A stretch of 64,000 bases of DNA from Aplysia californica. Its lineage: Eukaryota. The translations under genes and the position numbers were made by a program. The stretch is taken from NCBI RefSeq assembly GCF_000002075.1, contig NW_004797284.1, positions 2,010,327 through 2,074,326 on the forward strand, given 5' to 3'. Positions 25,465-38,356 of the stretch are shown piece by piece. The notes under the pieces are model-generated. The model did no database searches and was not told the DNA's origin. It was given only the letters and a program-made list of their open reading frames with translations. How positions within the stretch are numbered: the stretch's first letter is position 1; each line of letters opens with the position of its first letter.

Positions 25465-27537
25465 GTCTGTTGTGGGTTGATCAACTCCTGTCTGTTTGAT
25501 GATTGACTCTAGGCGTCTGTTTGCTCTACCGATTGACTTTGTTTCTATGGATTCCCAGACAAAGAAAAAAGAATGTATCTACAGAAAGGGTGACAGAAGA
25601 TGTATTCCTTGGTCTAAGTATTGTTCAGAACATTTCTGAACTTTTTAAAGTGTGCAAAAATTGTACTGTAATTTTTCTGTTGTCAACAAAGTTTTGATTT
25701 GGATCCCCTAAAATGAACCAGACTTGTTTTCCTTTTCATATCATAGTTTTGTTTTGCAATTTCCCCAATCTTTTCCAGAAAATATTTTACCGTCTGTTTT
25801 GGGTTTTTGTGCGTTAGTCTGTTTGCCTACCTTTCTCCGCTCTCTCAACTACTTGTTCGCATCTCTTCTAACCTTGCGGGGGATTGGGGAGGAATGTGGG
25901 TTCGGAGAAGATGGATGATTTGTTGCTGTTTCTTAAAACTGCAAATCAATGTACATTTTGACGTATCGAGAGAGAGAGAGAGAGAGAGACAGGGGGCAAG
26001 GGTATGTAGAAAGTATGTTTTCGGTGTTGTCTCTAGGTCTGTCTGCCATTATTTTGATGGTGATATAGGATGGTTCCTCTATAAGGCCCCGACGTTCACC
26101 TTCTGATTTTAGAGTCAAGTGGAGCGCCCAATGAGTCGAGTGTTTGTCATACACTGTCTTGTGATGGCGGACAAATCCTGTAAGCACTGCTGGGTGGGGA
26201 GCGTCGTACGTATCTTGACATTTACTTCTAAGGATACCAGAGGAAGGAAAAGTGAAAAGTAAAAAAGTAATTAATTTACTTCGAATATTATTTTACACCA
26301 CGGGCTGATCTTATTCCTCAACTTTATCACAGATCTGTTGTTGTGTAGACGTATATGTTGTGTAGACTTACACTATATTTGAAAAGCGTTCACAGCTATG
26401 TCTAACGCCGCCTTACTGTACACTAACGTGTTTTTTAAAGTTTCAGTGGGCGGTTGGCGGGTGCCCTGGAGTGGTTTGCTCCTTCTTTTCGAGAAAAAAT
26501 CTGTCGCCCTGATCTCTTCTCCTTTTTTATGCTTGTTTCTCTTTTGTAAAACATCTAATCGTCGGCACTTATATAACCTTACTGTGTTGTAAGTGCCGTA
26601 AAACTCTTACTAAAGCTAAAAAAAACTTAAAGTTTCTACACTCTTGAGAGTTCGTAAATTCTATAAGTTTCGCTGCCCGCTCGACACAATTCAGGATGAC
26701 ATAACAGAAGGACGCATGTACCCAACAAGTGAGAGTCAACCCAGGATGAGTAGGAGACAGCAACTCCGCAGAGAAGTNNNNNNNNNNNNNNNNNNNNNNN
26801 NNNNNNNNNNNNNNNNNNNNNNNNNNNNNNNNNNNNNNNNNNNNNNNNNNNNNNNNNNNNNNNNNNNNNNNNNNNNNNNNNNNNNNNNNNNNNNNNNNNN
26901 NNNNNNNNNNNNNNNNNNNNNNNNNNNNNNNNNNNNNNNNNNNNNNGGCACGTTTACGCCCCCCCCCCCCCCCAACCGACACTATCCTAGTTGGGAAGCA
27001 TGGGAGAAAAAGCTAATAGCAGGAGGCATTTTTTCAAAAAAAGGTACATCCATTCAAAACAAAAACAGAAAAAAAAATCTAGATCCCGTGGATCTCAGGT
27101 ACGTCAAATTATTGGATTCTGAGGAAATCTAGAGGAACTATGAACAGACAACTTTGACCGAGACACGTGACCTCATTCATTACAGACTCTTTAGAAAAAC
27201 AGTATTCAGTGGAGAATCTTGTATGATTGTAATGCTATGGTTATGGAAGGGAAAGTGGAGAGAGAAGGGAAAAAGGGGGAGGGAGACCTACCAAATCTAC
27301 AAAAGATTTTAACAGGACGATAACTGGATTGAAATATGCACACATCTCTCTAACAGCAGGGGGGAAAGAGAAAGAGACAAATCTTCGAGGACCATTAGGG
27401 ACACAGCGTACCACAGAGAGTGTAATAACGAGGACGATGACTGTCACAAACTGTGTGTCAGAGCTGACCTGTCTTCGCAGAATTTGGTGGTGAGAAACAC
27501 GGAGAAACTCTACAAAAATAATTTCTCACATAATATA

Positions 27538-27975
27538 TGTGAGGCAGCGTGGTGGAATCAGGCTCTCGTCAATTTTTGGACATGTAGAGTTATTGGTATC
27601 ATCTTAAAGCTTGTTCACTTGTCATTATTTTGATGAAAAAAATATCCATTTATTATCTTGAATACAGGTCGAAATATTTGCAAATGGAGGAGGTGAGGGT
27701 CACCTGTTTTCAGAGGTAAAATTAGTGCCAAAATGGCCACCAAAGATTAGTCATTTCCTTAGCTTAAGAGTCCGTGGCAACTGAAAATGTACATTTATTG
27801 TAACTTTAATCAAAGTTTTCAGAAAAATCCACACAGAAATGAGTTCTTTAATGGGCATGAAGGTGTTGAACCAAAAAACAAAAAATTAATAAAAATTCAC
27901 AAACCTGCAGAAAAATGCAAGTTTCTTCACTTTGATTATTTTTACAAGAGCCTGATTCCACCACAGTGCCTCACA
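27538..27975 (+). mobile_element. MITE family 1
   Basis: Both TIRs. Confidence 0.9.
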
Positions 27976-28297
27976 TATTATGTATCTCACATCTTTCACG
28001 TATTTACAACAAGGCACTTGACATGACCATTACGCAGACGAAGCTGGTATTTAATTCTTTTCAGCAAAACACCAAAACACAAGAAGTCAGAACAACGACT
28101 TGACTGATTCCAAAAGCACTGAAGCTTGCCAACCCGCAATACAAACACAGTCCAAAGACAGAACATATACTATAACAGGGAGAAAGGACATGTGACACTT
28201 GGCTGAGCGTCCTAAAAAATCCCTCACATCTAGACTGCATGATCAATGCTCACTTTGAGATAGTCGATGAAAAGATTACTTTTACAGAGGGAACAAA

Positions 28298-28704
28298 TGT
28301 GAGGCAGTGTGGTGGAATCAGGCTCTCGTCAATTTTTGAGCATGTAGAGTTTTTGGTATCATCTTAAAGCTTGTTCACTTGCTTGAGTACAAGTTGAGAT
28401 ATTTGCGAATGAAGGAGATGGTGTCGCCTGTTTTCAGACGTAGAATTAGTTAGAAAATGGCTGCCAAAGATTAGTTATTTCCTTAACGTAAGAGTCCGTG
28501 GCAAGTGAAAGTTTACATTTATTGTGCCTTTAATCAGCGTTTTTCAGAAAAATCCACACAGAAATTAGTTATTTAATGGGCATGAAAGGTTTTGAGCAAA
28601 AAAAACACAAAAATTTTATAAATATTCACAAACCTGCGGTAAAATGCAAGTTTCTTCACTTTGATTATTTTGACGAGAGCCTGATTCCATCACGCTGCCT
28701 CTCA
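28298..28704 (+). mobile_element. MITE family 1
   Basis: Both TIRs, internal deletion. Confidence 0.88.
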
Positions 28705-28884
28705 AATGATCCGACAAAAAAGGATATTGTTTAATTCAACATAAAGTTAGAAAGATAAATATTTAGGAGGATAGTTTTCTCCTTGATGTCACAATTTGGG
28801 CTTCAAATGACGAAACATGAAATGGAAAAGGCAAGAGCTTCTTATGAAAAATACAAGACAAATACCACCAATTTCAGTCACTCG

Positions 28885-28984
28885 TATTTCAGTCAGACTA
28901 TTTCAGTCAGACTATTTCAGTCAGACTATTTCAGTCAGACTATTTCAGTCAGACTATTTCAGTCAGACTATTTCAGTCAGACTA
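28885..28984. repeat. 14-bp minisatellite, about 7 copies
   Basis: tatttcagtcagac repeated. Confidence 0.9.
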
Positions 28985-29601
28985 CAGATGTGACTATCAA
29001 AACTTGAGAAATAAAAGGACAAGAAAGAGAAACAGCATGCACAAATTCTTAGGTGGCGTCACAAGTGATATTTGAGGACGCTTTTTTCACTTGCTAAAAG
29101 ATGTGAGGCAGGAGAGCCAGAGGAAGACAAAGAATAACATGGATAGATAAAATACAAACGTGGACTGGCATGAGTATAACAGAATGTTGTCCCAGATATG
29201 GTATGTGATTTTCTGCACATTATCTTTAGCCAACCTTTTTATCAAGAACGGGCTATAGTATCCGTTTATTTTATTTATTATTCTGACGAGCGCCTGATTT
29301 CACTGTGCTGCCATACATTTTTACTTAGATCTAATTCTGGAGGTCAGATCTTTGCGTGAAACATACTTCTCCGACCTCCGACCTGATATCTTTAAGATAA
29401 AATAGAAAACTGCGAATTGAGTTAAATAAACAAACCAGGTATAGATCTAGTGCAATCAGTGGGGGTGTGTCCTTGAGCAAAACACGATGACCCTAACTCA
29501 ATCCCCCCCCCCCCCCCGGGAGGTGTCTGTTGGCATTCTGGGTGTGTGTGTGTGTTTGTTTGTGTCTGTGACCTTGTGTATTATTAATTGTATTGAAAAG
29601 T

Positions 29602-29925
29602 AAAGTTGTTCTCGCATCCGATCCGGACAATGAGGATTGCCTTGTTAGTGAGGCAACTTCCTGGGCCTTCGGCATATTGTGGTAGGGTGGCCAGTTCCTT
29701 TCCACGCCGCCTTTACTTCCCTAACTCGAAGTCAGGTACCCATCACTGCTGGGTGGGCAGTTCCTTTCCACGCCGCCTTTACTTCCCTAACTCAAAGTCA
29801 GGTACCTATCGCTGCTGGGTGGGCACGGGGGAGGGGGCGAAAAAAAATCCGTGTCCTAAACGAGGCTCGAACCCGGACTTTTCTGTTCGGAGACCAGCGC
29901 ACTAACCATCCCACCACCGCTCCCT
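29602..29925 (-). mobile_element. tRNA-derived SINE family 3 with an internal tandem duplication of about 60 bp
   Basis: B-box-like ggttcgagcc on minus strand; second copy at about 56783-57030; cagttcctttccacgccgcc..gctgggtggg repeated twice. Confidence 0.7.
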
Positions 29926-31085
29926 GATTAATTGTCTTATTCACGCATACACTTGGGAAGAGGGGGGGGTGGGGGGATGGGGGGGGGGCAATAAAATAGA
30001 ATGGTTATTAATTTCTATTTTTACTTAAATACATTAAAGAATAATTGTTCCAAAGAGAAGTTACAGGAAGACTGCGTCATTTATTAGCCACGACTGTTGA
30101 GGTATAGGCAAAGGCAGTACATAGTTGTCTGAGGGTTGTCCAAGCCCCAAACGTTAGGTTGTCGTTCTAAAGGCAGGCCGGGGAGAGGCGTGTAGAACAG
30201 TTGTGCGACTTTGGGGTGGAATCAGCCGCTCTTTCAAATAATCAAATCGATGAAAATTACTTTCTTTTAAAAATTGTTCAGGCAATTTTCATCAATTTTT
30301 CTTCTTTTTTTTTAGAAGGGGTGGGGGGGGGGGGAGGTTGGACATTATATTAAATCCTTGTAAAAGACATTCCAGGCTGGATTTTACTATAAAAAGAAAC
30401 GTGGATCAAAGGCCCAAGAAGATGTCAAATTACAGTTTTCCAGCTACGGACACTCAAACTTTAGTAGTTATCAAACTTTGGCGGCTGCTTACTCGCTAAT
30501 TCTAAATCTGACATCAACAAACCCCCGCCTCATTTAATATCATATATCTCAATTTCTAGACCAGATTGATGGATATTTCATTTTCAGCAAAGGCAAGGCA
30601 AATGAACAGTCTGTGAGATGATAACAATATCTCTGTAGGACCAAAAACTGGTGAGCCCATGACGCCATCCTGCCGTGACCCATATTGATAAAAAATACAT
30701 TTTTTTCTTATTTTTCTTTCTTTTGTTTGCCTTTTGGTGCATTATTAGGTTCAACATAAAAGTTGGTCAAATCAGAAAGAAACGACTAGAATGAACAACA
30801 GAGTAGATATTGTGTGTTTCAAAGTCCTACATATCCACGCTACGGCCTTCGCGCCATGAAAAGGAAAACCGCGCCGGAATACTCGATCCTGGTGAGCTGT
30901 TAATTAAGCAAGGCACACTGACCTACATTTTTTATGCTGTCGTGCATTTTCGTACAATGATCTCATCGTCACTGAAAGAGACAAGCGTCTTACTTTTAGA
31001 ATAGATAGCGTTATTACAATAAAAAAGAGCAAAAAAAAGAAGGTACTGAGAAAAGTACACAATTGGTACAAAGAGAAGCCAGCTG

Positions 31086-31093
31086 TATATAAA
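31086..31093 (+). promoter_or_regulatory. TATA box of gene D
   Basis: cagctgTATATAAAaagg. Confidence 0.75.
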
Positions 31094-31146
31094 AAGGTTG
31101 CAGTGTTCCCTGTATCTTCACCAACTCCCTCCAGAGATCAGGAACC

Positions 31147-31189
31147 ATGGCTCGCTTCATCCTTCTGTGCATCGCTCTCACGTTTGCTG
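31147..31189 (+). CDS. Gene D exon 1: signal peptide
   Basis: MARFILLCIALTFA(G), donor GTGAGA. Confidence 0.92.
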
Positions 31190-31534
31190 GTGAGATTTTT
31201 TGTTGAACTCTTGTACTTTTTACCGAGGTTCATTTAATATGTTTTGATTATTGTTTAAAATCTTTTTTTTAATATGAACTTCACATTGTCTTTTCCTGTT
31301 TGTGTGTTCCTCCTGGTAGATCTCAGAGGTAGTACCCTGCTAGTTCTTCAACATGCAGAGCAACTGATTTTTTCCGTCTTTTACCGCCCTTCCTTCTTCA
31401 TAATGCCCTTTGTCTGTGATCTCAAAGAAGTATTTTAGCGTAACAAAATGACAAACAATGACACTCGATTCTTGTTTGAGTCAGATCTGGAGAAAAAGAG
31501 AAAGGCACTTTCTGACGTAAATACACATAAAAAT

Positions 31535-31975
31535 TGTGAGGCAGCGTGGTGGAATCAGTCTCTCGTCAATTTTTGGGCATGTAGAGTTATTGGTATCATC
31601 TTAAAGCTTGTTCACTTGTCTTTATTTCATTTGGATGCAAAAAAATATCTATTTGTCTTGAATACAAGTCGAGATATTTGCAAAAGAAGGAGGTGGGGGT
31701 CACCTGTTTTCAGAGGTAATATTAGTGAGAAAATGGCGCCAAAGATTAGTTATTTCTTTAGCTTAAGAGTCCGTGGTAACTGAAGATTTACATTTTTTAT
31801 GCCTTTAATCAACGCTTTTCAGAAAAATCCACACAGAAATGAGTTCTCTAATGGGCATGAAAGGTGTTGAGCCAAAAGACAAAAATTTAATAAAAATTCA
31901 CAAACTGCGGAAAAATGCAAGTTTTTTCATTTTGATTATTTTGACGAGAGCCTGATTCCACCACGCTGCCTCACA
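31535..31975 (+). mobile_element. MITE family 1 in intron of gene D
   Basis: Both TIRs. Confidence 0.9.
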
Positions 31976-32996
31976 ACTGTCAACTACTATTAACCATTTG
32001 ATGTCGTCACACATATCTTCTATGACGACAGAGTAACAGAACAGAAGTACTCATGTACCGTATTCCCAGATTCAAATCGCGCAGAGGATTTTGTCGCTCA
32101 CCATTACAATATTTTCATACAGTGTAACTCGGATTCAGTGAAGTCGACACTGCCTGTCCTTCAATTTCTTTGAGTTCGAGTGTTCATTATAGCAAATGTG
32201 GCGGTTTTTTTAACAGATAGTTACAGGCACCGAGCAAGTAATGTGTAATGTATTTGACTGTCTCTGTCAAAAGTTGTTTGGTTTCTTTGATACCGAAGAA
32301 ATGCTAGAAAATTCCAGGAAAATGCGTTGAACTCTACCAAGCACATATTGTGCAAAAAGGACGATTCGTTGAAAAGCACGCCTATGGCATCTGTTATCTA
32401 AAACTTATAACGTTCTGTTTGATGAACAAATTATTTTGCTGTGTAGAGCCTAGCATACGGCAACGTTTCATTTCGCAGTACAGTATTCTTTTCATTACGT
32501 AAATCTATGTGCCATTATGTCAGTTCTAACTGTAAAATAATGATTGTAATACGCCTATATCGTTGACATTCCCATTGCTTGCTATAATAATAATATACAT
32601 AGTGATTGAGCGTTTATTGACTTCACTGTTGTCTTGAAAAGCGAAAGACAGCGGGCGTTCCACCAGAAAATTGTAACTAAAAGACTTACACATCATCAGC
32701 ATTTGCGAACATTTTATAGATATGTATGCACTAAGTATCGAGTGCACCTGTTGTTGGAAACTAGATGGCTACAAACTTACTCAAGCCTTGGTTGGTGTTT
32801 GTCCTGTCCTCGGTTCCCAGTGCCGAACTCCTCTTAGTCATGAACTTACCTCTGTGTAGAGGTTTCTCAAACATCTCCAGAACGACTCTGGCTTGCACAA
32901 ACAACTCTTCTATTAGTGTTTGAAAGTCCTTTAAACATTATCAAAAACAACTCATATTTTTCAACTTTAACTTATTCTCCTCCTCATCCCCCCCAG

Positions 32997-33640
32997 GCGC
33001 CTCCTCGGCAAGCCGCTACAACGAACTGTACAACTGGGTCAGCGGAAAAGCCTCCCCAGGATTCCCCCAACCCGACGACTCCGGACCCCTGGATGTGGAC
33101 ATGCGTCTGACCAAATTGGATGTCGTTGATGTGGACAGTGCCAACAACCTGGTCACTTTGATTGCCAGAAGAAGGGTTCTGTGGGCTGACCGTAATTTGG
33201 CCTTTGACGAGGCCACGTACAACGTATCCTGTGTGTATGCTGCGGCCACCAACATCTGGACTCCTGACAGTACTTTCTACAACTCTGCTAGCCAGGAGCA
33301 TGTGTTGAACCGTGAGGTCATCGTCTTTGCCGGAGGTGAGTTGCTGGAAATTGAAAGAGTCCAGGTGTCCATCAACTGTGACCTGAGTGGTGTGAACACC
33401 TACACTGGCGCCACCTGCCACCTCCAACTTGGCTCCTACGGTTTGGGAAATGAGCTGTTCCATCTCAGGGAGCCCAAGGACAACTGGACCTTCCATCTGG
33501 AGTCGGCTTTCAACGGAGCCTCCCCCTACGAGCTTCTGTCTGGTGACGTCAGCAAATCTGTGGAGCCCTACGCTTCCGGTGACCCCGAGCAGTTCTATTA
33601 CGATGCTCTGACCTTCACCTTCAGCTTCAGAAGAAAGTAG
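32997..33640 (+). CDS. Gene D exon 2: AChBP-like domain; CDS join(31147..31189,32997..33640), 228 aa
   Basis: Same acceptor and motifs; ends FSFRRK TAG; AATAAA at 33851. Confidence 0.95.
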
Positions 33641-34004
33641 GATGGTCCAAAATCTGGTGTGAGTTGATCAACTCCTGTTTGTCTGATGATTGACTCTGAG
33701 CGTCTGTTTGTTTGAATGGTGGAATTTGTTGCAACAGAATCCCAGATGCAGAGAGTATGTGTGGAAGTAGGGACAGAACATGCATTTCTTGAACTCACCA
33801 TGGTTAAGAACATTTTTCTGATGTCAACCATTTTGATTTGGATCCCTTGAAATAAACGATACTTGTTTTCATTTACATCATGCCTTTGTTCTTAATTCAT
33901 CATTTTATTTCCAGAAAATGTTTTGCAGTCTCCTATTCTGCCTTTATCTGTCTGTTGTTTTTTTCCTTGTCTTTTTTACTTTTTTTCAATTTTGTTGTTG
34001 TTTT

Positions 34005-34240
34005 GTGTGTGTGTGTGTGTGTGGTAGCCTATCCGTTCGAAATGTTCGGAGCCCCGAAGAGTGTGCTCTTCGCCAGGGCCACCGCCTCCCTTGGGTAGCG
34101 GGTGAGGCAGTCCAACCTCCCTGAATCCTCCCCGAAGAGATGCCACCGCCGGGCCTCCGTGGCGGGGCATCTCTGCAGCCAGTGCTCCAAATCTTGGGGC
34201 TCCTCGCTGCACAATGGACATATTGGGTCCGATGTTTTGT
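34005..34240 (-). mobile_element. LINE 3' end with Cys/His knuckle and (CA)n tail
   Basis: CPLCSEEPQDLEHWLQRCPA..LFGAPNISNG stop; short matching piece at 9560-9610. Confidence 0.7.
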
Positions 34241-34492
34241 CTATTCTATTTTTGTAGGCCCGAAGCCCAGAGAAATGACCGGTCCTGATTTTTGCCAGTA
34301 ATGTTGTTGTTGTTGTTCTGCTGTAATTTTTGGGGTGGGTGGGCGGGTGGGCGGGTGGGGGGTGGAGTTGAAGGACAGGGGATGTGTTATTGTATTTCTA
34401 AATTCAAAGCCAAGGCGCTTCATGACCTATCTAGACAATGGGTCGAGGGGTGTGGGTGGGGGGAGGGTTCTAGACACTTCGATGCTGGTTTA

Positions 34493-34576
34493 AGGTCGGT
34501 TAAGCACCGTGCTTATGGTGACGTGGGACAGTTTCATTATGATGCCATGGCCCTTACCTTCAGCTGGGAGGTTTGA
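34493..34576 (+). pseudogene. Decayed 3' fragment of an additional AChBP-like paralogue
   Basis: RSVKHRAYGDVGQFHYDAMALTFS aligns without gaps to RSVEPYASGDPEQFYYDALTFTFS, followed by ggggcggt as in paralogue 3' ends; upstream part absent. Confidence 0.7.
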
Positions 34577-34889
34577 GCGGGGCGGTTGGTGAGTCTAGAT
34601 GTCTGTGTTATGATTGGCGGGACAAATTCTGTTGACTCACCTGGAGGAGGTTTGGGGGGGGGGATTATTTCCAGTATTTCCTGACACTTATTACATAGTA
34701 ATTTTATAACATGCGATGATTTCATTCGTCGCTTGTTCTTTTATCACAGACAACGTTCTCATAACGTATGGGGAAGGTTAACTGCTATGTCCAGCGCCTT
34801 ACTCTAATCGTACGTACCATTTCGAAGGTATAACACTTTATTAATTGCAAGTAAATTTTAAATATTTTGCAGCCCAATCGACACAATTT

Positions 34890-35183
34890 AAGCTCTATGC
34901 GCTTCACATATTACCTTAGCAAACCTGAGAGCTTTCTAAAACAACCTCAATTTACTAGGAAGCTTGCAGTGCAAGCAGGCATTTATAGGCGTTAAATCAC
35001 TAACATAGTGACAAGATCTTTCGCTGTCTATAGCCGGGTAACCATTCCCACATGGGTGAAGTGGGGAAATTTCGTGTAAAGTGCCTTTCCCAAAGACACA
35101 ACGTCGGGCCCGCGGCTCGAACCCCCGACCCCGCAACCTCACGAGTACGAGTCCTGTAGCCTAACCACTAGACAAACGACGCC
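34890..35183 (-). mobile_element. tRNA-derived SINE family 1
   Basis: Homologous to 54508-54837. Confidence 0.75.
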
Positions 35184-37799
35184 AAAGATGAAACTGAAGA
35201 TATGTTTCCACCAACACCGACACAAGCTAAATCATTCAGGAGACGGGCAGGTTCCACTCTGTCTGTCACTTCATAGCCTACTGTGGCTGAGATGGATACA
35301 ACATCCAGGCAGAAGCATGCATACTAGAGTTGTAAAGCTCATAGAGTATGCCATGGGTCTTGGATATCTCGCTTGCATAGCTACCTGGCCATGTGGGCAT
35401 CAGAGGAAACGAGCAGGTCTATCTTCTGGCAAAGAAATCCATGTCCGATCTCTTGGGACCTGCTGACATACTTTATTTACTTACTTTACTTTATCCTTCC
35501 TCTTGCCCCTCTAGGGCGTCGAGGGGAGAAAGACGCTTTTGATCTCAGGTAAGCTGGATGATTTGGTTGGGTGGGGTGTTGTGGGTCTGTAGTGTATCCT
35601 TCTCACCCTCAATCCAGGTTTCCTCGGTCTTCCTCGTGCTTTGTACCCTGATATCCTTTTGTTGAACTCTTTACTATCAGTCTGGTGAGGCGTCAAACGT
35701 ATCAGACGTTAAAACCACATGATTGTTTTGCCTTTTAGTTTTAGTAAGAGTTTTACGGCACTTGCAACACAATACGGTAATCTAAATGCCGAAGATTAGA
35801 GGTGTTACAAGAGAAAAACAAACTCAAAAAGAAGGAGGGGAGATCGGGACGATAGATGTTTGATAGGAAAGAAGGATCAAACCACACCAGAGCAACCCGC
35901 CAACCACCCACTGTTTTGTCTTTGAATGTAGTGGAGGACAGCTGTTGATCCTAGACACCGACTTCTAAAATACGGCCAAAAGCTACACCTCTCGTTTTTG
36001 AGAGCAACACTGGCGTGAATAAGTAAACAACAAACTCCACAATAGTATGACCAAACTGGACCTTCGAAAACCTTCGGGCCTCTCCAGAAGAAATGGTGAA
36101 ATGGTATGGCTTTAACACCTCTATCAACACTATTAGGTTATTTAAGAGGCGGGACCTCAGAGGTTATCCACCATCTCCGAAAGGACCGAGCCAAGTTGGG
36201 AAATTCGTGTAAAGAGCCCTTCCCAAGGACACAACGTCGGACCGAGCTGAGGCTCGAACCCCCACCCCAGAAGAGACGCAGTTTAAAAAAAAATAAGAAT
36301 ATGTCTTTAACATAGCTCCTTGCGCATACATACTTCCTGCAGGGAGATGAGGAACCTTTTTGTGCCGGATTCGATACGGATTTTATCATCAGACACAATA
36401 TTATTATGTTAATAGAATGTCTTGACTTTGGACAGGTACGAAAGAAACATTTGATTATTACCAGTAGTAGTGGTATTAGTTGTAGTGTCGTTAGTATTAT
36501 TACATACCTCAAAGAAATTGCTCAAAATGTTTGAAAGTGCATTTTATTGGGTCAAAAGAATATATTTATTAAACAAATGAAGACAAAATCCAATATTCCC
36601 AAAAGCAGAATGGAGACGGATTTCATTGATGTTTAAACTTAAAAGTATGAATTAGTTGAATCATAACTTTTAATCGTTTTGTATCATTACAATACTACTA
36701 TAGAATCTAACACGGGCATCCTATGTGACGTTTAAAAACTGTGCTGTGTATAGGTTCATAGGTGCTCGAGTAAAAGCAAACGGGAATCCCCAACACGCAT
36801 CTTATCTACTCTTCTTTAGTTTAAATAAGGGTTTTACGGCGCCTGCAACACAAAAGGGTATATAATACTAATAATAATAATAATGAAAATCATTTCTATA
36901 GCGCCCACTCCCGTGTAAACACAGCTCTAGGCGCTTTACATAAATGCATGTAAGANNNNNNNNNNNNNNNNNNNNNNNNNNNNNNNNNNNNNNNNNNNNN
37001 NNNNNNNNNNNNNNNNNNNNNNNNNNNNNNNNNNNNNNNNNNNNNNNNNNNNNNNNNNNNNNNNNNNNNNNNNNNNNNNNNNNNNNNNNNNNNNNNNNNN
37101 NNNNNNNNNNNNNNNNNNNNNNNNNNNNNNNNNNNNNNNNNNNCGAAAGTTAAAGGTGTTAAAAGAGAGTAACAAACACAACACAGGAGGAAAGATAAGG
37201 ACCATAGATGTTTGATAGGAAAGAAGGAGCAAACATCCACCCAAGACCTACCGACAACCACAAGTCAATTTACTATTCTCTTGATTAATTGTATTTTGAT
37301 AATATTTTTTTCTTCTTCTAAAAACACTCTTTTTAAAAATTAAATTAACTCTACAGGACCAACGTGAATCTCCTGTTCCACTTTATAATAAATTATACCG
37401 TACTACAATTTGTGGTATTCTCGAGTATCCAGCCTTTTACTGTTTAAAATGGGATTTTATTTGTTTGTTGTTTTTGCTTTTTTGTTGTTTAGTTTTCTTG
37501 TTTTGTTGTTTGGTTGTTTGTTTGTTGTTGAGTTTTTTGGAAAATGGGGGGGGGGGGGGGGGGGTCGGGGGTTTGGAGGGGGGTGAGTGGCATTCCCAAT
37601 TCTACGCTTTCGATAACACCTAGCCATTGATGGCTGATGCTTCTAAAGATAAATCCTGATTATTGGTCTGTCTGTCGACAAGCCTCGTGTTTTGAGCAGC
37701 AGCCATCTCTCAGCTGAGAACATGAAAATCTGACGATAACCCTCGGATCATGGTTTAAGCAAACTCCATAAGTGTGTGTGTGTGTGTCTATTTGTTATG

Positions 37800-38100
37800 T
37801 TATCACCATCCAGTGCCAGATCTGCGACAGACATCGACGATAATGATTCTCCATTCATTCCTTTTCTCGAATGCTCTAAAAAAAGCTACGTTTCCCTGAT
37901 CTTTCCCTGTTACCTATTTGTTTAGTTTCCTAAGTATGTTGTTCTGGGCCTACCCTGCCTCGCTTGCCTTCAATTTTGCCAGTGAGAGCTAGATGTTCAA
38001 GACCCTTATGTCTATTCAGGTGTCCCAAAAACTGCATTTGTCGTTTCCTGATTGTTTTTAACATTGAGCGTTCCACGTGGGCTTCATCAAGCACTACCTC
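37800..38100 (-). mobile_element. RTE-type LINE 3' fragment
   Basis: IRKRQMQFLGHLNRHKGLEHLALTGKIEGKRGR; near-identical tail at 63841-64000. Confidence 0.8.
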
Positions 38101-38325
38101 TTTTGATTTCTTTTCCTTAATATAACATAATATAATTTGATATAATATAGAGCCGAACCTGTGTAAGACGGCCACACATTGACGAGGAGAAAGTGGCCAT
38201 GAAAGAGAGGGGTTATCATAGGCAGAACTTTTCCAAATAAAGAAAACAAACAATTTACTCGTGAGGTCCCAATTGGAGACGGTCACAGGGTTAGGACTGT
38301 TGTAGGGCTCATTAAAATATTAAGT

Positions 38326-38356
<31 letters not shown>

